IMG/VR virus record: IMGVR_UViG_3300035695_000001 | Location: 50,139 to 114,138 of that record | Strand: one strand, 5' to 3' | Source of the DNA: a virus | DNA length: 64,000 nt | In this document: positions 48,037 to 56,790 of the stretch, one piece after another | Layout of the letters: each line of letters begins with the position of its first letter | Position numbering within the stretch: position 1 is the first letter of the stretch | Notes under the pieces: generated by a model | Database searches by the model: none | The model's input: the letters and a program-made list of their open reading frames with translations, nothing else | What the model was told of the DNA's origin: nothing | Position numbers and translations under genes: made by a program

Positions 48037-49914
48037 TCAGATAGGCGAGTGGGCGGGCTTCGGCAGGGCAGCGGCGAGCACTTCGAGGACCCGGTTGCGG
48101 GCGCGCTGGTAGCCCAGGCTCTCACCAGCGATCTGCCCCTTGTCGACGTTGTCGCTGCCTCTGGCAGCCTTGAGGCGCTGGACCTCGGTGTCGAAGTCAT
48201 TGGCCAGGCTCTTGAGGACCCGCTCCCACTCGGTGTCTCTGGTGTCGGCGGCGTCCTTGACGCAGGTGTTGACCGTCTTGAGCCACTCCTGGGTGCGCTC
48301 AGATCGCTCCTGCATCAGCCAGCGCGGCTCGTGTCCGGGCTTTGGCCCATCTTCGAGCATGGCCCCGCGCGCTCGCGCCGAGACCTCGATGCCCCTGATC
48401 TTGTCGATGAGCCAGCCGTCCTCGTCCTGCACGTCCTCCGGTGGCCGCGAGCCCACGATCACGAGCAACGCCGAGCGGAGGTCGTGCAGCCGCTTGAAGA
48501 TGGTCGACGACACCACGTCCCGACGCTTGATGCCGTTGACCAGGCCGGTGGCGCCTTCCCCGCCGAGCAGGTCGAGCGCCTCCCGCATGTCGGACAGCAG
48601 CCGGATGGCGACGTCCACCGCGCTCTCCCCGTTCTGAGGGTAGACCTCGCGGAAGATGCCGAGGCGCTTGCCGAACGGAGCAGGATCGGGCTTCTCCAGC
48701 GCGTCCTTGATCGCGTGGAGCATCCGCTCGTCCGGGTCCGAGGCCCAGCCGGTGCCGTCGTAGCCGACCATCTTGGCCAGGCCGAGCACCCCCTTGCGCA
48801 GGTGGTCGAGCGGGCCGTCCACGTTCCCGTCGGGGAGTTTGAGCCGCCGGATGTTGCCGGGCAGCACCTCGCGGTGGTGGTCCCCGCTGTACTCCTCCAC
48901 GCGCTGCGCCGCCTGCTCCCGCATGACCTCGGCTCCAGCGAGGTAGGAGACCTTGGCCCGATCGACCGCGTCGGCGATCGTCGTCATCCCGTCGACCGGC
49001 CCGAGCGGGACGGGGAAGCGCTCACGCTCCGGGCAGCCCTTGAAGTGGCGCGACGGGTCATCTGCCTGAATCTTGAGGCACGAGCAGCCCCCCTTGTCGC
49101 CTCGCAGTGTTTTGGCCAGGCCGAGGAGTGCGTTCAGGTTCGCGATCGTGTGGTGCAGCCCAGGCGGCTGCGCCCGCATCTTCTCCAGCATGTCGGAGAG
49201 CGCGACCACCAACGCAGTCACGCCGCCTGCGCGAGACGGTTTTTCAGCGTCGATGGTCGACGGGTTGGCCTTCCCCCGCGACGCCTTCTCACGAACGCTG
49301 GCCCTGTGCTCCTCCGAGGTCTCGGCCGGCGGGTCGACGAGCGGCCAGGTGGCGACCTCCTCGGCGCTCCTGTAGGTCGTGCTCATCCCAGCCGTCACCT
49401 TCACGCTGCCAGATGGCGCGATGCCGAGCACTTCGCTCGGAGCGCCGAACGGCCCGCGCCGGATCTGGCCCACCAGGACGTGCATCCCTGCCGGCGGGTC
49501 GACGGTGTAGGCCGGTGGCATCGTCCCGGCCAGGTTGGTGAGGATGACCTGGCCCACCATGTCGCCACTGAGATCCTCGGCGTTGACCACGGCCCTTCCA
49601 GGCTCGCCCCCACCACGGGCGAGGTAGATGGGCACGCGCCGGTAGAGCATGACCGGAAGGTCTCCCTCGTCGGAGCGGTAGGCGCGCAGGGCAGGCGTCT
49701 CCGTGGTCCAGATCGACATCGGGCGCCAGGACTGTGGGGCCTCACACTCCACCGCCCGCCACACGTCGGCGGAGAGGTAGACGCTGGTGGCCTTCTGCCC
49801 GGTCTCGATCTCCAGGGCCTGGAAGCAGTCGTCGAGGAGTTGGGGGGTGAGCGGCGGCGTGGCCGCGTTGCTCGTCGGGTCGTGGACGAGGTGCTCGAAG
49901 CGGATCGTCTTCAT
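48037..49914 (-). CDS. Large multidomain hypothetical protein
   Basis: Start re-called at MKTIRFEHL (AGGA RBS); 625 aa. Confidence 0.65.
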   Translation of the reverse strand: MKTIRFEHLVHDPTSNAATPPLTPQLLDDCFQALEIETGQKATSVYLSADVWRAVECEAPQSWRPMSIWTTETPALRAYRSDEGDLPVMLYRRVPIYLARGGGEPGRAVVNAEDLSGDMVGQVILTNLAGTMPPAYTVDPPAGMHVLVGQIRRGPFGAPSEVLGIAPSGSVKVTAGMSTTYRSAEEVATWPLVDPPAETSEEHRASVREKASRGKANPSTIDAEKPSRAGGVTALVVALSDMLEKMRAQPPGLHHTIANLNALLGLAKTLRGDKGGCSCLKIQADDPSRHFKGCPERERFPVPLGPVDGMTTIADAVDRAKVSYLAGAEVMREQAAQRVEEYSGDHHREVLPGNIRRLKLPDGNVDGPLDHLRKGVLGLAKMVGYDGTGWASDPDERMLHAIKDALEKPDPAPFGKRLGIFREVYPQNGESAVDVAIRLLSDMREALDLLGGEGATGLVNGIKRRDVVSSTIFKRLHDLRSALLVIVGSRPPEDVQDEDGWLIDKIRGIEVSARARGAMLEDGPKPGHEPRWLMQERSERTQEWLKTVNTCVKDAADTRDTEWERVLKSLANDFDTEVQRLKAARGSDNVDKGQIAGESLGYQRARNRVLEVLAAALPKPAHSPI

Positions 49915-49973
49915 GGGTGGGCATCCTTGGGGCCCGAGCCAGGCCGTCCTCCCTTCAGACGTCCAGGCGCTGG

Positions 49974-50012
49974 CCACTGTCTAGCAGTTCTGAGCCCACT
50001 GTGCTAGACAGT
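49974..50012. promoter_or_regulatory. TGCTAGAC palindrome at a divergent junction
   Basis: ccactgtctagca-N15-tgctagacagt. Confidence 0.85.
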
Positions 50013-50030
50013 TGGTTGGAGGACAGACCC

Positions 50031-50438
50031 ATGGGGAGCCTGATCGAAGAGCGGAAGCGCGCTGCGTCCGTGATCCGCAAGCACGAGAGCATCGAGCCGG
50101 AGTACATCGCCAACGCCGTCGAATCTGGTGCGATGGACGCCTGGGAGGCGATGGTGAAGGTCAACGTCCTGCCCGCGGTGGAGACGGTGGACGCACTCTG
50201 CCGCCTGCGTGTGGTGGAGGCTGAGGCCGATGGCCGGATCGTCGGCACAGACGCCGTGCTCCTTCGAGCGCTGGGTGCCCCCGTCCAGGAATACGTCCGG
50301 CGGATGTCCGACGAGGCCCTCTGGCTCTCGCGCGTGTACAGGGACCCGAACATCGACGCCGAGATCGATCGGCGGCCCCACCTTCGAGAGAGGCGAGCGG
50401 CAGAACTGGCGGCGGATGCCCAAGGAGGAGCCAGATGA
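50031..50438 (+). CDS. Hypothetical protein
   Basis: GGAGG RBS; starts MGSLIEERK. Confidence 0.65.
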   Translation: MGSLIEERKRAASVIRKHESIEPEYIANAVESGAMDAWEAMVKVNVLPAVETVDALCRLRVVEAEADGRIVGTDAVLLRALGAPVQEYVRRMSDEALWLSRVYRDPNIDAEIDRRPHLRERRAAELAADAQGGAR

Positions 50439-50800
50439 GAGCACGCATGGAGCGGATGCTCGACAAGGTAGCAGGGAACGCGGCGATCGTGTGGGCGAGC
50501 AGGAACCCGGCAATCGTGTTGCCCAGCATGTGCGCCATCATCGTGGGGGCGTTCGCGGTCGCGTCGCCAGATCCGTGGATGGTCCCCGGAAGGGACGCCG
50601 ACGGGTACCAGTACGCCGTCTCAAACTGTCGGTCCGCGCTCGCGACCGCAGATCGCAACTGCTTCGTACCAGTGGATCTTGCGGACCGCGTGTCCGCCGT
50701 GTTCCGCGCCGAGGGATGGACGGTCGCCGTGAAACCGGACCACATCCAGGAAGAGCGGAGGAGGCTCACGTTCTCCAAGCCCGCAGGCGGTGCCCCGTGA
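50435..50800 (+). CDS. Hypothetical protein
   Basis: ATGA-coupled; AGGAGG RBS. Confidence 0.65.
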   Translation: MRARMERMLDKVAGNAAIVWASRNPAIVLPSMCAIIVGAFAVASPDPWMVPGRDADGYQYAVSNCRSALATADRNCFVPVDLADRVSAVFRAEGWTVAVKPDHIQEERRRLTFSKPAGGAP

Positions 50801-52059
50801 GCGCGCCCATCCTGCAACCTGGCGACCGTCGCAGGCATCCGGTCACCCACCTGACCGCGCGTATCCTCGGTCCTGGTAGCCGCCCCGGCGCGCTTGCCGT
50901 GGCCTACCCGGACTACGAGACCGAGGTCGACGACGCCGTGCTCGCGTCGTGGTGGCGCGTGGACGAGACTGGCAAGATCGTGCTCTGCGAGCGTTGCTCG
51001 ATCCCGATGCGGTCCGATGCGTGCGATGTCTGCCGTCCCGCCGAGTCCGTACCGCAAGAGCCGCCGAGCCCGGAGGAAATGGCGAAGCAACTTCACCGCG
51101 CCTGGAAGCTCGTTGGGCTCGGCCCGTGCGGCGGCGCCGTCCGTGGAATCGAAGCCGAGCGTGCCCGCCGCGATGCCGAGGTATCGGATGACCTGCTTCG
51201 GCGCCTCCTCCGCCGGGCCATCGGCAAGATCCTCGCCGGTCGTGCCGAGGTGGCGGAACTGCGCGAGGAGGTCGAGCGCCTCCGCTCCTCCAAGAGGACC
51301 GAGAACGCCCTGGCCATGCACGAGGCAACCTGGAGGAAGGTGCTGGGCCAGTGGCTGCTCGGGGAGACCAACATCCGCCCCGGGTACCTCGCCGACAAGG
51401 TCCGGGAGACGCTGGCCTCTGAGCCCATGTACCAGGCCGAGACCGATCCCGACGTCGAGCACCTGCGCCAGACGCTTGGCGCGACGTCCAAAGAGACGCC
51501 GCTGGACGCCGCCAGACGGGTGACCCGCGGCCTTGGCCTGGCGGTCGACGAAGTGGCGCGGCTTCGGAGCCAGGTCACGGACCTTGAGGGCTACCGCGAT
51601 CGAGTCGACGAGGCCGAGAAGCGGGTCAGGATGATCGCGTTCCAGGTGACCTGCATGAGCGTCCGGATGGCCGAGATGATGGAGCACGTCCTGCTGGCAG
51701 ACGTGCTCATCGCGGAGGCTGTCGCTGGCATGAAGGAGCGCTGCGCCAAGGTGGTGGAGACGTTGCACGGCGGGTGCGCATCCAGGGACAAGGTCGCCGC
51801 CGCCATCCGAGCGCTGTCAGACACCAGCAAGTCCGCCAAACGCGGCGAGGGGCTGCCGGTAGCGCTGGAACGTGTACGGGAAGCCGCCAAGGTGGTCGTC
51901 GGCGCCTTCAAGCTCAACGTCACCTCGCGGAAGGGAGACGCCGAACTGCGGGCCGCAGCGCTGGCCACCCTGACCCCTGAAGAGACGGCAGAGGCCGAGG
52001 CAGCGGCGCACCGCGAATGGGTCGCGTCGTCGCCCAGTACCGGCAAGCCCACTGTCTAG
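50797..52059 (+). CDS. Hypothetical coiled-coil protein with Zn-ribbon
   Basis: GTGA-coupled; CERC...CDVC; stop is the element's TAG. Confidence 0.65.
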   Translation: MSAPILQPGDRRRHPVTHLTARILGPGSRPGALAVAYPDYETEVDDAVLASWWRVDETGKIVLCERCSIPMRSDACDVCRPAESVPQEPPSPEEMAKQLHRAWKLVGLGPCGGAVRGIEAERARRDAEVSDDLLRRLLRRAIGKILAGRAEVAELREEVERLRSSKRTENALAMHEATWRKVLGQWLLGETNIRPGYLADKVRETLASEPMYQAETDPDVEHLRQTLGATSKETPLDAARRVTRGLGLAVDEVARLRSQVTDLEGYRDRVDEAEKRVRMIAFQVTCMSVRMAEMMEHVLLADVLIAEAVAGMKERCAKVVETLHGGCASRDKVAAAIRALSDTSKSAKRGEGLPVALERVREAAKVVVGAFKLNVTSRKGDAELRAAALATLTPEETAEAEAAAHREWVASSPSTGKPTV

Positions 52060-52062
52060 CAG

Positions 52063-52299
52063 ATGAGGGGCCTATCCTTGGACGAGGCGCAGATCCTCGT
52101 CGACATCTCCGACCCGGTCGCGGCCCACTACCGCAGCGGCGGTCTCACCTGGGCCGAGGTCTACCGCCGACGTCCCATCCTCCACAAACTCACGTTGGAG
52201 GGCAGGGCGGCACCCAACGATCGCGGAGGCTGGCAGATCACTGCGCTCGGCAGGCTCGCCTTGCGCGTGTCGCTATCGCTCCCGCGACCGACTGTCTAG
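52063..52299 (+). CDS. Small hypothetical (winged-helix-like) protein
   Basis: Flanked on both sides by ACTGTCTAGCA; contains WQITALGR. Confidence 0.6.
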   Translation: MRGLSLDEAQILVDISDPVAAHYRSGGLTWAEVYRRRPILHKLTLEGRAAPNDRGGWQITALGRLALRVSLSLPRPTV

Positions 52300-52443
52300 C
52301 ACCCACCCCCCAAAGCAGAGGCCCCAGGGGAGCCGGGGGAGGCATCCTGGGGCCAGGTCAGTGGCGCTGGACGGCAGCGGAAAGGGAGGGGCTCGTCCGG
52401 GCGCCGCTGGTGGACGATGTCTAGCAGGACCCGCGGGCACTGT

Positions 52444-53034
52444 CTAGCACTGCTTCTCGGCCTGGTTCTCCGCCACTTCCTCGCGGACTTTAGCCACGAA
52501 CCGCTCCACGTTTGGCGAAGCTGGACCATCGAACCCGACGCTCGCCAGACGTTTACGGAACGTCTCCTCCGTCGGGAGCGTCTTCCACCGCGCGATCTCG
52601 TAGGCGATTTCGTGGTGGCTACGCGCGGCGAACGCTGCTGACTCGTACATCCACGCCAGCGCTGCCCAGCCGTGATCGTTGGTCCACGCATCGTCGACCG
52701 GCATCGACCGAACCTCCGCCAGCAGCGCGGGGATGGTGCCTGAGACCGAGCAGACGCGACACGTTGCAGGCGCGATTGATGCGTCACGCTTCTTCCACCT
52801 CGCACGAAGCGTCGCGATGGTCGCACCTTGAACAAGGCTCACGATGGTGATGAGCCCGCCGGTTACCACGCCGCCGTAGAACGTCGGCCAGAGGGCGCGG
52901 ACGCTCACCTGAGCGATGGCGCACATCGCTACGTTCGACAGCATCAGTCCGATGATCGTCGCCATCCGCCTGACGATCACGGCTTCACCTGCGGGTGGCT
53001 GTGGGCCGCGTCGATGGCCATGATTGCTCCTCAC
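52444..53034 (-). CDS. Hypothetical membrane protein
   Basis: Two hydrophobic segments; stop is the element's TAG; start uncertain. Confidence 0.55.
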   Translation of the reverse strand: MRSNHGHRRGPQPPAGEAVIVRRMATIIGLMLSNVAMCAIAQVSVRALWPTFYGGVVTGGLITIVSLVQGATIATLRARWKKRDASIAPATCRVCSVSGTIPALLAEVRSMPVDDAWTNDHGWAALAWMYESAAFAARSHHEIAYEIARWKTLPTEETFRKRLASVGFDGPASPNVERFVAKVREEVAENQAEKQC

Positions 53035-53777
53035 GCGGGGGGCATCGCCGCGATGCTTCGGTGGACCATGGTCCCGATGATCGGGGCGCCGTCGTCCGAC
53101 CGGCCAGTGACCGCAGAGGACATCATCATGCCGCCTCCACCCTTGGAGCGAACGCCGAGAACCATCCCCACCGGGCTAGACGGGTTCGGGATCCCTTCGT
53201 CAAACCACTTCGACATCTCCGACGGCGTGAACCCGAGAGACCGGAGCCGCGCCCCCTCCTTGCAGGAGTAGTGGTGGACCTGCGCCACCGTCAGCACCCC
53301 CGCGTGGGTCATCGGGTCGATCTCCGTCGGAGGCTTGACGGCGGCGTTCTTCGGCTTGGCCCAGAACTCCGGCATCATGGCCTTGAACTGCTCGATCAAG
53401 TTCACGGCGAAGGAGAATACGCTCTCGGGCACGGCCCACGTCGTGTCCATGCTCGGGTCGTAGACCTCCAGCGCGGACCGCTGGGTATCTGAACTCAGGT
53501 ACCTGTACGTGAGGAACTCGTTGCGCGCGATCCAGTCCGCGGTCACGAACTGCGGGCAGTAGGACACCTCCGTCAAGCCGAACCTGACCTTGGTTCCGCA
53601 GTACACGGGGATGTCGGTCTCCGTCGGGACCCGGTCGGACAGGACCCGGTTGATCGCGTCGCGCATGGCGACGAACTGCGGGCGGTTCATGACGACGACG
53701 ACGCCTGGGCTGTCCTCTGGCATGTGGGAGCCGAGACAGGCGAAGAAGTTGGCGGGGAGGTCTTTGGGCGGCTTCAT
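53031..53777 (-). CDS. Hypothetical protein
   Basis: GAGGAG RBS; 248 aa. Confidence 0.7.
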   Translation of the reverse strand: MKPPKDLPANFFACLGSHMPEDSPGVVVVMNRPQFVAMRDAINRVLSDRVPTETDIPVYCGTKVRFGLTEVSYCPQFVTADWIARNEFLTYRYLSSDTQRSALEVYDPSMDTTWAVPESVFSFAVNLIEQFKAMMPEFWAKPKNAAVKPPTEIDPMTHAGVLTVAQVHHYSCKEGARLRSLGFTPSEMSKWFDEGIPNPSSPVGMVLGVRSKGGGGMMMSSAVTGRSDDGAPIIGTMVHRSIAAMPPA

Positions 53778-53854
53778 GGTGCTCCTCTTGAAGTGCGGGC
53801 TGGCTCAGGTATTCGCTCTCGCCCCAACCTTGACCAGGGGCCACCAGCCCGCAT

Positions 53855-53894
53855 CCACTGTCTAGCACAGTGGGCTCGGAACTGCTAGACAGTG
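53855..53894. promoter_or_regulatory. TGCTAGAC palindrome at a divergent junction
   Basis: ccactgtctagca-N15-tgctagacagtg; near-identical inverted copy of 49975-50012. Confidence 0.85.
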
Positions 53895-55158
53895 TTGATG
53901 GGAGAGCCGATCGACCGGACGGAGGTTGCCAGCCTTCTTGGACTTGGGGAGGCCGAGGCAGGGATGGCCTTGGACGCCATCCGGCCGTTCAAGGATGGCG
54001 GTACGAGGCCCAACGACAGCACCGAGATTCTGGTCCGTCAGTACCTGGCCGTCATCAAGGCTGGCGACGTTGCTAGGCGCCACTTTGTGCCTCGCCTGGC
54101 CGCCGTGCTTGGACTGCTGGCAACGCCGTGAGGGCTGAGGAGGTGACGCCAGGGCTGCCCGTGCTGGTCGGGCTCGGGAAGGACCCCTGGAAGGGCACCA
54201 TCGACGACCCTCCCATGCACGGGACCTGGGCTCGGGTGAAGGTCGACGGGACCAGGACGATCTGGGACACCCCGCTCGACCTGCTGAGGCCGCGGTAGGA
54301 TCGGCGAGCACCATGCGCCTCCTCCCGCGCCTCGGGTTCCCTTACATCCTGGCCGTTGCCAGAGAGGCGCGGACCAAGCCCGACTGGAACCTCCTCGCCG
54401 CCGCGCTGGCCCAGCCTGGGCTACCCCCACGGGAGCGGGCCGTCTTCGGGGGAATGCGAGCCAGGCTCAAGCCGGGCGACGTCCTGACCGAGAAGCAACG
54501 AGCCTGGGTGGTCGACGTGGCGACCAGGCTAGGGGTTCGCGTCGGCTACCGCGAGATGACCTGGGGGGCGGTTGGGGCGAAGTTCGGCATCGAGATCGAC
54601 CCCGCCTACGCCGAGGAGACCACCCGCCCCATGACTGGCCGGAGCCTCCGGCAGAAGGAGCACGATGTCCGCCAACGATGACCTCGCCGTGCTGGCCAAC
54701 CTCCTCGCCAGTACCAGGCTCACCGCCTCGGAGCGGGTGGCCTTCGCCGCCATGCACCGGAAGGCCGAAGGCGGCGGCGCCCTGCTACCCGCCCAGCAAG
54801 AGATGGTCGACGATGCCGTTGCCAGGTACGCCATCGGGGCGACCGTCGACCAGGCGCCAGAGGCGCGCCTGCTCATGCCCAGTGGCCTGAAGCAGCCCAA
54901 GCCGAAGATGCCGCCAGGCAGGAGAGCCCCTCGCCCGCGGTCCGCCAAGCCACCCCACAGGATCCACCGATGAAGACCGTACAGACGCTCCAGTTGGTCA
55001 AGTGGCGCGGGGCAGTGAAGGTCTACGCCTACGAAGAGCGGCCGGAGCCAATCCAGGCACCGCGCTACCCAAGCCTTCAGCACGTCCTGGATGCCCTCCT
55101 CTTCGCCGCCCCCTCCGACCCGGATTCCATCGGCACGGTCCAGCGCCGACCCCCCTGA
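53892..55158 (+). CDS. Five small genes (53892-54131, 54128-54298 SH3-like, 54313-54681, 54665-54973, 54970-55158)
   Basis: Coupled or closely spaced ORFs; 54313 and 54665 share an ERxxFxxM...LxxxQxxxV motif. Confidence 0.6.
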
Positions 55159-55601
55159 GTCAGTTTTGACCCTGGGCAGGATCCTTGGGCAACCACGGTG
55201 TAAGTCGATTCTTTTGACGCCCGCTATGGACGTGATAAGCCCCCCGAAGTGCTTGGACGGAGCGGGGGCGAGTGACGGGGAACGTGTGCCTTTCTGCTTC
55301 TGTGCGGGCTACTGCACGCATCTGATCTTCCTCTGGTTCTGCGCGCCTCAGCGCGTCTGGACTTCGGATCCGGATCGGTGCTGGCGGCGGTTTGCCGACG
55401 TCGAGGGAGCCGCTGTCGGTCTTGTCACAGCCCCCAGGGGCCCGGCCCCTGGACCCGGGTTCGCCGTCGCCGTGACTACGGTGGGGTCTTCGACCCCAAC
55501 CTCCGCTCACGTCTAGGCTCACCTTCTGGGATTTGGGATCGATGGGGATCCAGACCCGGATCTGCGTCGAAGGGGGTGCTCGCTGGTGGACCTGGCCGCA
55601 C

Positions 55602-55636
55602 TGCTAGACAGTTCCTCCGACCAGTGCTAGACAGTG
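55602..55636 (+). promoter_or_regulatory. Direct pair of TGCTAGACAGT (23-bp period)
   Basis: tgctagacagt at 55602 and 55625. Confidence 0.8.
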
Positions 55637-55677
55637 ACCTCCGAGGCAGCCCCACCGCTGCCTCGACGGAGGACCAG

Positions 55678-56052
55678 ATGGCGAGGAAGGACTTGCTCAC
55701 CGTGGGCACTGTCAGACAGCAGTGCGCGCTCGAAGATGCCCACCAGCCCGTCGTGGTTGTCGTGGTCAGCCCGCTCGGAGCCGAGACGTTCTATGCTGGG
55801 CGGCGCGCCTACCCAGACACGTCGATGGCTCCGGCTGGTAGCGGGCTCTACGTGGTCGCCAACGAGACCGACAAGATCGGTGCCCACCGCGAGCGGCCCA
55901 TGCACTTCGACCTGCGCGGGCGGCTCCTTTGCTCACCCAAAGAAGGTGGTGGTGGACGGCTCGTCATGATCACCAGCGACCCCGCAGAGTTCGCCGCAAG
56001 CGACAACCGCTGCCCCGACTGCACTCTCGCCAAGTTGGCGATGCCTGTCTAG
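55678..56052 (+). CDS. Hypothetical protein
   Basis: GGAGG RBS; starts MARKDLL; C-terminal CPDC; stop is the element's TAG. Confidence 0.65.
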   Translation: MARKDLLTVGTVRQQCALEDAHQPVVVVVVSPLGAETFYAGRRAYPDTSMAPAGSGLYVVANETDKIGAHRERPMHFDLRGRLLCSPKEGGGGRLVMITSDPAEFAASDNRCPDCTLAKLAMPV

Positions 56053-56058
56053 CAGTGC

Positions 56059-56751
56059 CTAGCCCCCGCCGCTCCCCTTGCTAGACAGCAGGGCGGCCAC
56101 CTTCTGCCTCGCTGCCTCCCGCTTCTCTGGCGGGACCTCTTCGATCAGCGCCCCCAGCACCGCGGCCAGCCCTGGCACCGCGTCCAGGCTCAGCGTCCCA
56201 TCCCCAGCCCCGCCCACCGGGGTCCTGGCGGTCTGCCCCCAGTATGCTGGGAAGCGCCGGGCCATAAGGCGCTCCATCAGCGCCGAGTTGCCGTTCTTGG
56301 CCATCTGAGCGAGCGCGATCGTTGAGGCTGACTCCAGCACCGCCTCCGCCGTCCCCAAGCACTTGACCAGCGCCTTGAACAGTGGGCGCCCGTCTGGGTC
56401 GTTGCCCTCCTTCAGCCAGGCGTTCACGGTCTGTGGCGGGTAGCCGTAGACCCGGAAGGCGGCGAGGGGCCGGACGAACTGGCGGGCCTGCGCGCAGATC
56501 ATCGGGACGTGCTCGACCTTGAGGGACAGGGGCTGGCCGCGACGGGTGGCCCTGGAGCCGGTGCCGCGGTAGCGGGCCATCTCAGCGTCGAACTCGGCCT
56601 GGAAGATGGCGAACTCCTTCGCGCAGTTCTTGTGGAACCAGTCCAGGTCGGAGAGGGCGGCATCTGGGTCGAGGTCGATGGCGTCCTTGTAGGCGCGACG
56701 CCCGGCCACTGTCGTTGGTTGCCCTGCTGTAGGGCCTGGTTTTCGTGCCAT
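56059..56751 (-). CDS. Putative terminase small subunit
   Basis: HTH (AAFRVYGYPPQTVNAWLKEG) followed by F...AEA...LMARRFPAYWG, a pattern typical of a widespread TerS-like family. Confidence 0.7.
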   Translation of the reverse strand: MARKPGPTAGQPTTVAGRRAYKDAIDLDPDAALSDLDWFHKNCAKEFAIFQAEFDAEMARYRGTGSRATRRGQPLSLKVEHVPMICAQARQFVRPLAAFRVYGYPPQTVNAWLKEGNDPDGRPLFKALVKCLGTAEAVLESASTIALAQMAKNGNSALMERLMARRFPAYWGQTARTPVGGAGDGTLSLDAVPGLAAVLGALIEEVPPEKREAARQKVAALLSSKGSGGG

Positions 56752-56790
56752 GACGGCGGATTCCTAGATTCTGGGTGCTAGACAGTCGTG

